Shown here: positions 1 through 8,873 of the stretch, piece after piece
Layout of the letters: each line of letters opens with the position of its first letter
How positions within the stretch are numbered: the first letter of the stretch is position 1
Origin: Smithellaceae bacterium
GTDB lineage: Bacteria; Desulfobacterota; Syntrophia; Syntrophales; Smithellaceae
Direction: 5' to 3'
Assembly (NCBI GenBank): GCA_963667845.2
Contig: CAXXVL010000002.1
Coordinates: 1,344,001-1,408,000, forward strand
Length of the DNA: 64,000 nt
Position numbers and translations under genes: made by a program
The notes under the pieces: model-generated
Seen by the model: only the letters and a program-made list of their open reading frames with translations
What the model was told of the DNA's origin: nothing
The model's database searches: none

Positions 1-1
1 A

Positions 2-853
2 TACAGCCAGGCCCCCTGCCGTTTCCCGATGAACACCGAACCTTTCAAGATGATTCCCCCGCTGCCGATCGCTTATTCTTTATCGCCGACCAGAGATCCG
101 GCGACCATGAACATGGGACTGACGGCGGAAGCCCTGCAGAAGATGTACAATATTTCGCGCGCAGCGCAGGATGAATTTTCTTACCGCAGCCAGCAGCGCA
201 CCAAGAAAGCCATCGATTCCGGCTTCTGCGCCCAGGATATCATTCCGGTTACAGTTCCCCAGGGAAAGAAGAATCCTCCGCTGGAGTTCAAGGTCGATGA
301 ATTCCCCCGTGCGGAAACCACGATGGAAGGCCTGGCCAAGCTGCCCCCCGCATTCATTAAAGAAGGAACGGTAACAGCGGGCAACGCCTCCGGTCGTAAT
401 GACGGTGCGGCATTCGTTCTGATGATGACCAAAGAAAAGGCCGAACAGTTAGGCTTCAAGCCCTGGGCCAAGTGGCTCTCCGGCGGCGACTATGGCGTCG
501 ATCCCAAGATCATGGGCATCGCCCCCGCTTACGCGGTTCCGATGGCGCTCAAGCGCGCAGGCATCAAGATGAGCCAGCTCGATGTTATCGAGTGCAATGA
601 AGCCTTCGCCGTGCAGAATCTGGCGGTGGCCGCGGAACTGGAAAAACAGACCGGTGATAAAGTTAACTGGGATAAATGGAACCCGAACGGCGGTGCCATT
701 TCCTACGGTCATCCCAACGGCGCTTCCGGCGCGCGGATCTGCATCTTCACGATGCGCGAACTGCAGAAAAAAGGCGGCAAGTACGGTTGCTACAGCTCCT
801 GCTGCGGTGGTGGCTTGGGCGTTGCGACGGTTATCGAGAACCTGACGGTATAA
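2..853 (+). CDS. Thiolase (acetyl-CoA C-acyltransferase), 5'-truncated by window edge
   Basis: NEAFA, GHPNGASG and C-terminal CCGGG thiolase motifs; frame open to the window start. Confidence 0.93.
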   Translation, partial: YSQAPCRFPMNTEPFKMIPPLPIAYSLSPTRDPATMNMGLTAEALQKMYNISRAAQDEFSYRSQQRTKKAIDSGFCAQDIIPVTVPQGKKNPPLEFKVDEFPRAETTMEGLAKLPPAFIKEGTVTAGNASGRNDGAAFVLMMTKEKAEQLGFKPWAKWLSGGDYGVDPKIMGIAPAYAVPMALKRAGIKMSQLDVIECNEAFAVQNLAVAAELEKQTGDKVNWDKWNPNGGAISYGHPNGASGARICIFTMRELQKKGGKYGCYSSCCGGGLGVATVIENLTV

Positions 854-911
854 TCTTTTTACGACAGGCGTGCTCGATTAAGCGCAGGATAGAACATTAA
901 TGCTGATTTCC

Positions 912-945
912 AATGCCGCCAGGTTCAAATCGCCTGGCGGCATTT
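912..945 (+). terminator. Hairpin after thiolase (possible terminator or processing stem)
   Basis: AATGCCGCCAGG...CCTGGCGGCATT inverted repeat followed by TTT. Confidence 0.5.
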
Positions 946-1033
946 ACTTGTAAACTGAAGGTTAAGCGGATCGGTAAGGGAACATCAGTAAAAGCCGGAC
1001 TGCGGCATGCCGCACAAAGAAAAGGAAAAAGCT

Positions 1034-2842
1034 ATGGCAGAAAAATTTATCAGCGATCGAAATTTGAAGTTTTTATTGTATGAAGTAAACGATACGGAAT
1101 CTCTCTTAAAGTATCCCCGTTATGCCGACCACAGCCGGGAAGTTTTCGACATGATCATGGAAACTGCGATGAGAATGGGCAAGGATCTCTTTAAGCCCCT
1201 TTTTGAGGAAATGGACCGCAAGGGGCCCGAATATGTGAATGGCGAGGTCAAAGTTCACCCCAAAGTCCGCGACATCATGCGGGAGTGCGGCGCGGGCGGC
1301 TGGATTGCAGCGCCCTTTTCCTATGAAGATGGCGGACAGCAACTGCCGTTCACCGTCGGGGTCATGGTGCCGACGGCCATTTTTGGCGCGGCGAACTACT
1401 CCGCCGCCGTCTATCATGGTCTGACGCACGGTGCCGCGGGCCTGATCGTTTCCTACGGAACGCAGGAAATGAAAGACACCTATCTGCCAAAAATGATTGC
1501 CGGCGAATGGCAGGGTACCATGGCGCTGACCGAACCGCAGGCGGGGAGTTCGCTCACCGACCTCTCGACGACGGCAACGCCGACGGATCAGGGTTACTAT
1601 AAAATCAAAGGCCAGAAGCTATTCATCTCCGCGGGCGATCATAACGGCGCGGATAACATCGTTCATCTGGCTTTGGTGAGACTCAAAGACGCGCCTCCCG
1701 GCGTGAAAGGCATTTCGCTCTTCGTTATTCCGAAGAAACGCATTAAGGCCGACGGGTCGCTCGAAGCCAACGATGTCAACTGTGCCGGCATTTATCACAA
1801 GCTCGGTTATCGCGGCGCGCCCATCACCCAGCTCGCCTTCGGCGAAAACGATGATTGCCGCGGCTGGCTGGTCGGAGAGGCTAACAAAGGGCTGGGTTAT
1901 ATGTTCCAGATGATGAACGGAGCCAGAATCGACGTGGGTCTGGGTGCCGCCTGTATTTCATCCGCTGCCTACTATGCTTCTCTGGAATATGCCAAAGAAA
2001 GACCCCAGGGGCGAAAATTGACCTCCAAAGATCCGCTGTCTCCGCAGATACCGATCATCGAGCATGCCGACATCAAACGGATGCTCCTGTTCCAGAGATC
2101 CATTGTGGAAGGGTCGCTCGCATTGCTGGTCCAGTGCGGTCTTTATGAGGATCTGGAGCACGTAACGGAAGGCGAGGAGCATGAAAATTATAACCTGCTT
2201 CTGGAACTTTTGACGCCTGTTGCCAAGACCTATCCATCGGAAATGGGTATTTTGTCCTGTTCGCAGGGCTTGCAGATTCTTGGTGGCTATGGGTTCTGCG
2301 AGGAGTTCCCCCTTGAACAGCATTACCGCGATGTACGGATCCACCCGATTCATGAAGGCACCACCGGCATCCAGGGCATGGACTTGCTTGGCCGCAAGAT
2401 GATGATGAAGAAGGGCAAAGCCGCCCAGTTGTACCTGACGGAAGTCCGCAAGGCCGTCAAAGAAGCCGAAGGCGATGCGGAACTGAAGCCGCTTGCCGAG
2501 AAACTGACCGCAGCAGTGGCTCTCCTGGAAAAAGTGACGGCGCATCAGTTTGAAGTGGCCGCCACGAAGGGGCCGGAGATGTTCCTGGCTGACGCCACGC
2601 TTTATCTGGAATTTTTCGGTATTATTGCGATTGGCTGGCAGTGGCTTCGTCAGGCCTCGGCAGCCAAGAGGGCGCTTGCGAAGAATCCCGGCGAGGCTGA
2701 TGTGAATTTCTTCAATGGAAAGCTCGCCACCTGCTACTATTTCTTCGGCTATGAACTGCCCAAGATTGAAGGCCTGTCCACCAGACTGCTGAATGGCGAC
2801 GGCCTGACCGTGACGATGAAAAACGAGTATTTCGAAGATTAA
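1034..2842 (+). CDS. Acyl-CoA dehydrogenase (~600-aa type)
   Basis: MALTEPQAGS, KLFISAG, GGYG and IHEGTTGIQ motifs; start chosen at MAEKF after AAGGA. Confidence 0.93.
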   Translation: MAEKFISDRNLKFLLYEVNDTESLLKYPRYADHSREVFDMIMETAMRMGKDLFKPLFEEMDRKGPEYVNGEVKVHPKVRDIMRECGAGGWIAAPFSYEDGGQQLPFTVGVMVPTAIFGAANYSAAVYHGLTHGAAGLIVSYGTQEMKDTYLPKMIAGEWQGTMALTEPQAGSSLTDLSTTATPTDQGYYKIKGQKLFISAGDHNGADNIVHLALVRLKDAPPGVKGISLFVIPKKRIKADGSLEANDVNCAGIYHKLGYRGAPITQLAFGENDDCRGWLVGEANKGLGYMFQMMNGARIDVGLGAACISSAAYYASLEYAKERPQGRKLTSKDPLSPQIPIIEHADIKRMLLFQRSIVEGSLALLVQCGLYEDLEHVTEGEEHENYNLLLELLTPVAKTYPSEMGILSCSQGLQILGGYGFCEEFPLEQHYRDVRIHPIHEGTTGIQGMDLLGRKMMMKKGKAAQLYLTEVRKAVKEAEGDAELKPLAEKLTAAVALLEKVTAHQFEVAATKGPEMFLADATLYLEFFGIIAIGWQWLRQASAAKRALAKNPGEADVNFFNGKLATCYYFFGYELPKIEGLSTRLLNGDGLTVTMKNEYFED

Positions 2843-2848
2843 AAACCT

Positions 2849-2888
2849 AAAGGCGGAAGACGGGCCAAACGGCCTGCCTTCCGCCTTT
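2849..2888 (+). terminator. Rho-independent terminator
   Basis: AAAGGCGGAAG...CTTCCGCCTTT stem directly after the stop codon. Confidence 0.7.
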
Positions 2889-2935
2889 CATTGTAGACCT
2901 AACAGTCTACAGTCTAAAAGTCTTAACAGCTCTAT

Positions 2936-3045
2936 CTAAAATTCCCCGTGTCCACCCCAGGTTTTTCCCCAGGAATTTCTGACGAGCAGCGCGCCGGTCT
3001 TTTTTTTGCTCCGGCAGCATCATTTTTGATTTCCATCTTATCCAT
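2936..3045 (-). pseudogene. Remnant of a papain-like (C1) cysteine peptidase C-terminus
   Basis: Minus strand reads DKMEIKNDAAGAKK / KTGALLVRNSWGKTWGGHG with a frame break in an A8 tract; RNSWG..WG..G is the C1 catalytic-Asn motif. Confidence 0.6.
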
Positions 3046-3296
3046 CGTCCATCTCCTTGATCCGTCAGGATCGCGATAAATTTTTTAAAGTGACTTTACC
3101 GTGCGAAAAAATATTAAGGATTTAAATGAGTGTTTTGTTGATAGCAGAACATGCTAATTTGTCAGGATAATCATTGCGCCGGCCATTTTATGCATCGATC
3201 AACCGCCTGCGCGATAAATTGCGCTTGACAGCCTGAAATAATTGCGTTAAACAGCCAGACCTTAATAAAAAAAAGATGTTCGGGAGGAAGATACTT

Positions 3297-3557
3297 TTGG
3301 CAACACATAAATCAGCAGAGAAACGCGATCGTCAAAGCAAAGTCCGCCGGGAGCGCAATATCGCTGCCAAGTCCGCGATCAAAACAAAAGTCAAAACGGT
3401 TCTTGCAGCCGTTGACAGTAAAAACAAGGAGACTTCGGCAAGTGCTCTCAAAGCGACCGTTCCCGACCTGGCCAAAGCCGCTGCTAAAGGCCTGATCCAC
3501 AAGAAGAACGCCTCGCGCAAGATTTCGCGCCTGACCAAAAAAGTTAACGCCCTCTAG
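3297..3557 (+). CDS. rpsT: 30S ribosomal protein S20
   Basis: ATHKSAEKR...KGLIHKKNASRKISRL; TTG start at 3297 after GGGAGG; TTGACA at 3225. Confidence 0.97.
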   Translation: MATHKSAEKRDRQSKVRRERNIAAKSAIKTKVKTVLAAVDSKNKETSASALKATVPDLAKAAAKGLIHKKNASRKISRLTKKVNAL

Positions 3558-3637
3558 TCAGCATTCATATGACGCGGTTGTGCTTCCGGGCAGGCCGCGT
3601 TTTTTACTGTCTCGCTATTTTCAAAAAATAAATCCTC

Positions 3638-4450
3638 TTACATCAGAGATTTTTCGCCCACAGCCTTGAAGAACGTGTAGCAGAAAACGCCGTCGTCTTC
3701 CGCCGTGCGGTACAGGTCCCTGATGCCCTGATCGAAGATATCCTGCTCGATGAGACCGGCCGCAAGAGCCGCTTCGCGAACGCCCTCGATCATGGCCGTG
3801 AATGTCTTTTTCGTGAAGCCGTCAACCAGTCCGGGCTTTCCCGAATCGACATACACCATCCGGGGTGAGACATGAACCCGGCTGAAGCCCGCTCTGTTCA
3901 AGCATGGATAAAGCTCCCTGCCGATCATGGCATTGCCGCCCGCGCGCCGCTGCAACTCAACCTGGCACTCGATCGCCAGGTGCGCTGCGCTGCTTGCCGG
4001 ATAAAAATAGGCCGACCCGTGATCTCCTTCAATGACAGTAATTGTCCCCCCTTTTTTCAAAACACGTTTCAAACAGGAAAGCGCTTCGCCGGGGCGCGCC
4101 AGGTGTTCAAGAACAAAACAAATAAAAACATGGTCGAATGACTCCGCTGCGAAGGGCAGATCAAAGATATCGGCCTGCTGGAATTTTACATTCGCCAGAC
4201 CCGCCTCGTCTGCTTTCCGCCTCGCTTCGATAAGCGAGGTCTCCGAGATATCCACAGATGTAATCAAGGCGTCGGGGCTGTTCCCGGCGAGCGTTAAGGT
4301 TTGCGCAGCAACACCGCAGCCCGCTTCCAGAACGAGGCTTCCTGCGGGATACGTGGTATCGGAGTGCAGCAAATCGACCAGCGTAGATGCCTGATCCTGC
4401 AAGCGTACATTTTCTCTATGATCATAGCCGTGCACGTACTTATTCTTCAT
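3638..4450 (-). CDS. Class I SAM-dependent methyltransferase
   Basis: VLEAGCG motif I, FDHVF, LKKGG. Confidence 0.88.
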   Translation of the reverse strand: MKNKYVHGYDHRENVRLQDQASTLVDLLHSDTTYPAGSLVLEAGCGVAAQTLTLAGNSPDALITSVDISETSLIEARRKADEAGLANVKFQQADIFDLPFAAESFDHVFICFVLEHLARPGEALSCLKRVLKKGGTITVIEGDHGSAYFYPASSAAHLAIECQVELQRRAGGNAMIGRELYPCLNRAGFSRVHVSPRMVYVDSGKPGLVDGFTKKTFTAMIEGVREAALAAGLIEQDIFDQGIRDLYRTAEDDGVFCYTFFKAVGEKSLM

Positions 4451-4489
4451 GGTGTGTTTTCCGCCTTTTCAATAATAAAGATGAAATGT

Positions 4490-5575
4490 TTATTTCTGCC
4501 CGGCCGCGGGCGATATCGGGGAAGGGTTCATATTCCGGGACAGGAACGCATTGACGATGGACTTTAAATTTTCCTGATCACAAAAGAAAGCAAAATGCCC
4601 GCAGGCGCCATTGAGCTCGGCTGTTTCCGCTCCGAAGAGTCGTGCAAAGGCTTTGGCATCCTCCATATTAAACATCTGGTCCTGCGCGGAGGTGACGAGC
4701 AGGCATTTGGCCCGAATGGCTGCGGCAGCGGCCTTGCGGGACCCGCCAAAGTCTTTCAGGATATCGTGCGCCAGGATGGCCTTGACCTGCCAGGCCCAGT
4801 TTGTGGCATCATATTTGGACAGACGTTCCTGCTGCGAGCTGAGGAATGCGGGAAAGGCGGCCGCGCTTGTATTGGTCGATCGATAATCGGGCGCCCAGGC
4901 ATGTAGAATATGGAGTGGTGCCAGGGCCTTCATCGCAGCCGCACTGCCCTTACACTCAGTGATGTTTTCGAGTATTCCGAGTTGTGCCGACCAGAAAAGC
5001 ATTTCGGGGGAGGACATCCAGGCACCCCCCAGGATGGGGATTGCCTGATCCATAAAGGCCGGATAGGAAACCATCCACTGAAACGCCTCCATAGCGCCCA
5101 TCGAAATGCCGGTCACTGCATGGATATGATGAATATTTAATGTTCCGGTCAGCACGGCATGCTGAGCGCGGACCATATCGCGGATGCTGAAGCCTGGGAA
5201 GGACCTGCCCGGCTGACTCGGGCTGTTGGAGGGCGACGAAGAGCCGCCTCCCCCGAAGGATTCAATTGCGATAACATAAAATTTCGAACTGTCGAAGATT
5301 TTGCCGGGTCCCAGGAAGCCGATCTCGACGAGCTCCTGCGGTGTTCCGGCGAGCCAGGTCGGAATCAGTACGACATTGGACTTATCGGCATTCAATGTTC
5401 CGGATGTGAGATAAGCCAGGCGGCAATCACGGATGATACTCCCGTTCTCCAGTCGGAAATCCCCCAGATCGGCATAACGGACAGGGCCATCTGCCCGGGC
5501 GACGCCATAAATGAAAAAGATAATAATCAGGAAAAGAAGAATGCAATACCGGCCGTTCTCAATACGATGGGACAA
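4490..5575 (-). CDS. Exported alpha/beta hydrolase, homoserine O-acetyltransferase-like fold
   Basis: Signal-like N-terminus; GTLNADKSNVVL, GISMG nucleophile elbow, GH near C-terminus. Confidence 0.8.
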   Translation of the reverse strand: MSHRIENGRYCILLFLIIIFFIYGVARADGPVRYADLGDFRLENGSIIRDCRLAYLTSGTLNADKSNVVLIPTWLAGTPQELVEIGFLGPGKIFDSSKFYVIAIESFGGGGSSSPSNSPSQPGRSFPGFSIRDMVRAQHAVLTGTLNIHHIHAVTGISMGAMEAFQWMVSYPAFMDQAIPILGGAWMSSPEMLFWSAQLGILENITECKGSAAAMKALAPLHILHAWAPDYRSTNTSAAAFPAFLSSQQERLSKYDATNWAWQVKAILAHDILKDFGGSRKAAAAAIRAKCLLVTSAQDQMFNMEDAKAFARLFGAETAELNGACGHFAFFCDQENLKSIVNAFLSRNMNPSPISPAAGQK

Positions 5576-5611
5576 TTTCTGTCACCTCTGCTTTTTGCCT
5601 CGGGTTCTGGA

Positions 5612-6730
5612 TTACTGTTTCTTACCGATCAAATCGATGACGGTAATTTCCGGCGGAGCAAAGACGCGCACCGGGGGGCCCCAGGTCCCGGCTCCGCGGC
5701 TGACATAGAGCAGCTTACCGGGGGCCAATTCATATCTGCCGTAGTGTTTGGGGAAAAATAAACGGGTAACGATACTGAAAGGGAAAAGCTGGCCGGCATG
5801 CGTGTGGCCGGAAATCTGCAAATCAAAATTCGCGTCCTTATCGATATGAGGTTGATGCCTCAACAGTAAAACAAATCCGTCATGTTTTTCGGCAAGTGCC
5901 TTCAGAAAGGCTTCCGCTTTCTTCGTCAGACCTGATCGGTGACCGGTTTCATCATCCTCACCGAAAATCGTGATGCCTGCGGCGCTGGTAACGTCATCGC
6001 GCAAAAGCTCAAAGCCTGCCGCCCGTGTAAATTCCATAGATTCCCGGAGTCCGGCATAGTATTCGTGATTGCCCAGAATGGCGAACTTGCCGTACGGGGC
6101 TTTGATCTCGGCAAAGCGTTTGGCATCGTCCATGATGTTGTTGAGTTCGCCGTCGAGCAGGTCGCCCGTGGAGATCAGAATATCGGGTCGGCTTTCCCGG
6201 ATGAGTTCCAGAAGAGGACTTAAGCGACGGTTCCGGATAATGATTCCGACATGCACATCGGAGATCTGGACAATACGAAGGTGTCCGTCTCCGGGGAGAA
6301 CTTGATCCGTTGTGATTTGCAGATTCTTGACGCGGATGTGCTGAGCGTCAATATAGCCATAAACGACGAGGGCGGCGGCCAGAAATGCGGCCAAGCCGAA
6401 CGTGACCGCTTTGAGCGTGAGGGTTCCGGTTTCGGGAACGATCAGCTTGTGGACGACCCGAATCAATTCCAGAGAAACACTCCAAAAGAAAAACAGGAAG
6501 ACTAACGCCATCCAGATATAGCCGATGCACGCGACCAGGCGGGCGAGGTGCTCATAACGCATGGTTTCCAGCGTCCGGACAATGACCGGAGCAAGAATCA
6601 GCAGGATGATGAAGATCAGGATGATGCCCTGCAGAAGACCGGAAAAGTGAAGGATACTTCTGGCGCGGAAAAAGAAGTAAAAATTGATTCCGCCATACAG
6701 ACAAAAAAAAGTTAAAAGAAAAAGAATCAT
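5612..6730 (-). CDS. Membrane-bound metallophosphoesterase (YkuE-like)
   Basis: N-terminal TM helices; DVH, GDLLD, GNHE, HQP, GHTH motifs. Confidence 0.9.
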   Translation of the reverse strand: MILFLLTFFCLYGGINFYFFFRARSILHFSGLLQGIILIFIILLILAPVIVRTLETMRYEHLARLVACIGYIWMALVFLFFFWSVSLELIRVVHKLIVPETGTLTLKAVTFGLAAFLAAALVVYGYIDAQHIRVKNLQITTDQVLPGDGHLRIVQISDVHVGIIIRNRRLSPLLELIRESRPDILISTGDLLDGELNNIMDDAKRFAEIKAPYGKFAILGNHEYYAGLRESMEFTRAAGFELLRDDVTSAAGITIFGEDDETGHRSGLTKKAEAFLKALAEKHDGFVLLLRHQPHIDKDANFDLQISGHTHAGQLFPFSIVTRLFFPKHYGRYELAPGKLLYVSRGAGTWGPPVRVFAPPEITVIDLIGKKQ

Positions 6731-6813
6731 CTGATTTTCCTGTTTATCCGTAATTGTTGTCGAAGGCTAAAGGAAAATGAACACGATGTCAATTGCTAAG
6801 CCGCAGATTGATG

Positions 6814-6842
6814 TTGACAAGGTCAATTCCTTAATATAAATA
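6814..6842 (+). promoter_or_regulatory. Sigma70-type promoter of tRNA-Thr
   Basis: TTGACA at 6814, AT-rich -10 region (TATAAATA) just upstream of the tRNA. Confidence 0.55.
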
Positions 6843-6859
6843 CGACGTCTCTTTCGGAT

Positions 6860-6935
<76 letters not shown>

Positions 6936-6942
6936 TTTAAAT

Positions 6943-6980
6943 TAAGGGTTTAGGCAATAAATGCTTAATCCCTTTTTCTT
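6943..6980 (+). terminator. Element-supplied terminator after the tRNA
   Basis: AAGGG..TAGGCA...TGCTTA..CCCTT imperfect stem followed by a T-rich tract. Confidence 0.5.
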
Positions 6981-6993
6981 TGTCCGAAAGTGT

Positions 6994-7014
6994 TTTACCA
7001 CTTCTTTACCACTT
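6994..7014 (+). repeat. Putative integrase arm-type sites (left)
   Basis: TTTACCACTT-C-TTTACCACTT; same pair at 35389-35409. Confidence 0.7.
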
Positions 7015-7043
7015 TCGGATTCTATTCACGGAGTCCATTGCGC

Positions 7044-7796
7044 ATGCCCAGAGACTGGAAGAACAAAAAAGACTATGATTACATGGGTAATCACACGTCT
7101 GAATTATGGGCATGGGAATTTCTGCGGCGAAATCAAGAATACCGTAAAGACTGGGAAACAGCATTGGCAAAATGGAATAAAAGAAGAAACCGTGGAAAGA
7201 GTTCGTGGAGACAACTGGTCGATCAAGGTTACAATGCGGAAAATGAGCGTCCCGAAAGAATATCTTTTAAAAATGCGCGATCTCGGTGGGGATTATTAGA
7301 ACAAAATATTGTTGATCCCGATATAGATATTGATAAACGAAATAATGAATTTAATATGCCTCTTTTTTATGAAGCGGGGCTTCTATTTCACGATAACGAA
7401 TTCAGCATACTGCAAGTACTGGGTATCGAAAAATCACAAGTTATTTTGCTTTTTGATCTTAATCATCGCATTAAACAGCAATACGATCAAAATGAAGCAG
7501 AATTATTGGCCTTGCAGAATGAATTCTTGCGTGGAAAAAGGATCCTCGATCGTAAAAATACGGGGAAACACGATTTATGGGGAAAATATATTAGAATCTT
7601 GGATGCGTACGAAGCGAAAATAAAACCAAGTGAAATTGCGCCAGTTATATTTCCTGACCTCGAAAATGACTATCCAGGATTTAAAGGCACTAGGAGAGTA
7701 TCTTCATATTTCAATTCCGCTAAAGAATTAGTAGATGGAGAATATTTTAAAATATTACAAGAGACTTCCATCAAGAAACAAATAAAAAACAAATAA
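7044..7796 (+). CDS. DUF6499/DUF2285-like (FseA-like) transcriptional regulator
   Basis: WAWEFLRRNQEYRKDW N-terminal motif; C-terminal IRILDA...SEIAPVIF...AKELVDGEY HTH-like segment; start at MPRDW after GGAG. Confidence 0.65.
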   Translation: MPRDWKNKKDYDYMGNHTSELWAWEFLRRNQEYRKDWETALAKWNKRRNRGKSSWRQLVDQGYNAENERPERISFKNARSRWGLLEQNIVDPDIDIDKRNNEFNMPLFYEAGLLFHDNEFSILQVLGIEKSQVILLFDLNHRIKQQYDQNEAELLALQNEFLRGKRILDRKNTGKHDLWGKYIRILDAYEAKIKPSEIAPVIFPDLENDYPGFKGTRRVSSYFNSAKELVDGEYFKILQETSIKKQIKNK

Positions 7797-7912
7797 TATA
7801 AAATACATATAAACTTTTTCTAATCCAAGTTCTTCCCGTAGGTTTCCTATACTATTAATAAATCGATGATACATTCCTTTACAAAATAAATGATTCTGAA
7901 GGAGGAATTATC

Positions 7913-8143
7913 ATGATCGAAAATAACACCGACAAAATTAACTGGAGCCATTTACTAGATCAGCTTCCCGATCCTGTGTGGCGTAGCCGGTGGGATACAT
8001 TGGCTGAAAAGTACGGCCTGCCGTTCAAGCGTTCTTACATGCAAAACCTAGATTCGGAGGGCAGGGGTCCTGAAAAAAAGTACATGAAGGAACGCGTTGC
8101 ATATCCGCGAGCCGAATTAGTCAAATGGCTGAATTCACTTTAA
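7913..8143 (+). CDS. Excisionase/AlpA-like HTH DNA-binding protein
   Basis: 76 aa, MQNLDSEGRGP...RVAYPRAELVKWL; strong SD AAGGAGG; leads the replication operon. Confidence 0.7.
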   Translation: MIENNTDKINWSHLLDQLPDPVWRSRWDTLAEKYGLPFKRSYMQNLDSEGRGPEKKYMKERVAYPRAELVKWLNSL

Positions 8144-8159
8144 CATAAGGAGGCAAACT

Positions 8160-8873
8160 ATGACTGATACTGTTAAATTTCAAGATGCGATCGGCATTGC
8201 ATATGAAGATATTGGTGAGACCGTGTCGTTGGGAAGTGGCAAAGCGTTAGGGCAGGAGTGCTACGGAACGTATGGAGCCAAATGGTTTATCAAAAAGCTA
8301 TACGGGAATAAGCCCTTTGGCCAGCTTCTCTTAGTCTCCGAAAATGGCGTTCTAATGATCGCTGATCCAATGCAAAATTCCGCCATTGCGCGATTTGTTG
8401 TCGAAGAATCGAAGACGCAGGATTTATCTTTCTGCATCGGATTGGTCGACGATCATGTCGAAGACAAGAATTATCGAGGTCGGAAGGGTCGAGCCGTCGT
8501 GCCTGGCCTGTGGATAAATGTGAAAATTCAGGATTCGACGAAAAAAGAAAAATGGCTGCCTTCGGAGGCTGAAGCGATTAGCTTTCTGAAGTCGCGGAAG
8601 ATGAAGCCACAAATTATTGTGAACGCTGTTTCCGAGCTCCAAGCCTACTGGTTATTCGAGAAACCATTTATTGTCAATAACCGCCCTACTGAGAATGAGA
8701 TATCGAAATTATCGAATGAATTCCAAAATACACTGATTGCCGAAGCGCAGCGTCATGGTTGGAAAATCGCTAACACCTCGTGCATTACAAACCGTCAACG
8801 AATTCCCGGCACGTGGAATAGATCACTTAATCCGCCGGCGCCGATAACCCTTTTGGAGGTGCAGAATATATGA
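8160..8873 (+). CDS. AEP/RepB-primase-like protein with degenerate catalytic motifs
   Basis: LW.., P.IIV, QAYWL and RIPGTWN framework of AEP primases; SD AAGGAGG. Confidence 0.6.
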   Translation: MTDTVKFQDAIGIAYEDIGETVSLGSGKALGQECYGTYGAKWFIKKLYGNKPFGQLLLVSENGVLMIADPMQNSAIARFVVEESKTQDLSFCIGLVDDHVEDKNYRGRKGRAVVPGLWINVKIQDSTKKEKWLPSEAEAISFLKSRKMKPQIIVNAVSELQAYWLFEKPFIVNNRPTENEISKLSNEFQNTLIAEAQRHGWKIANTSCITNRQRIPGTWNRSLNPPAPITLLEVQNI

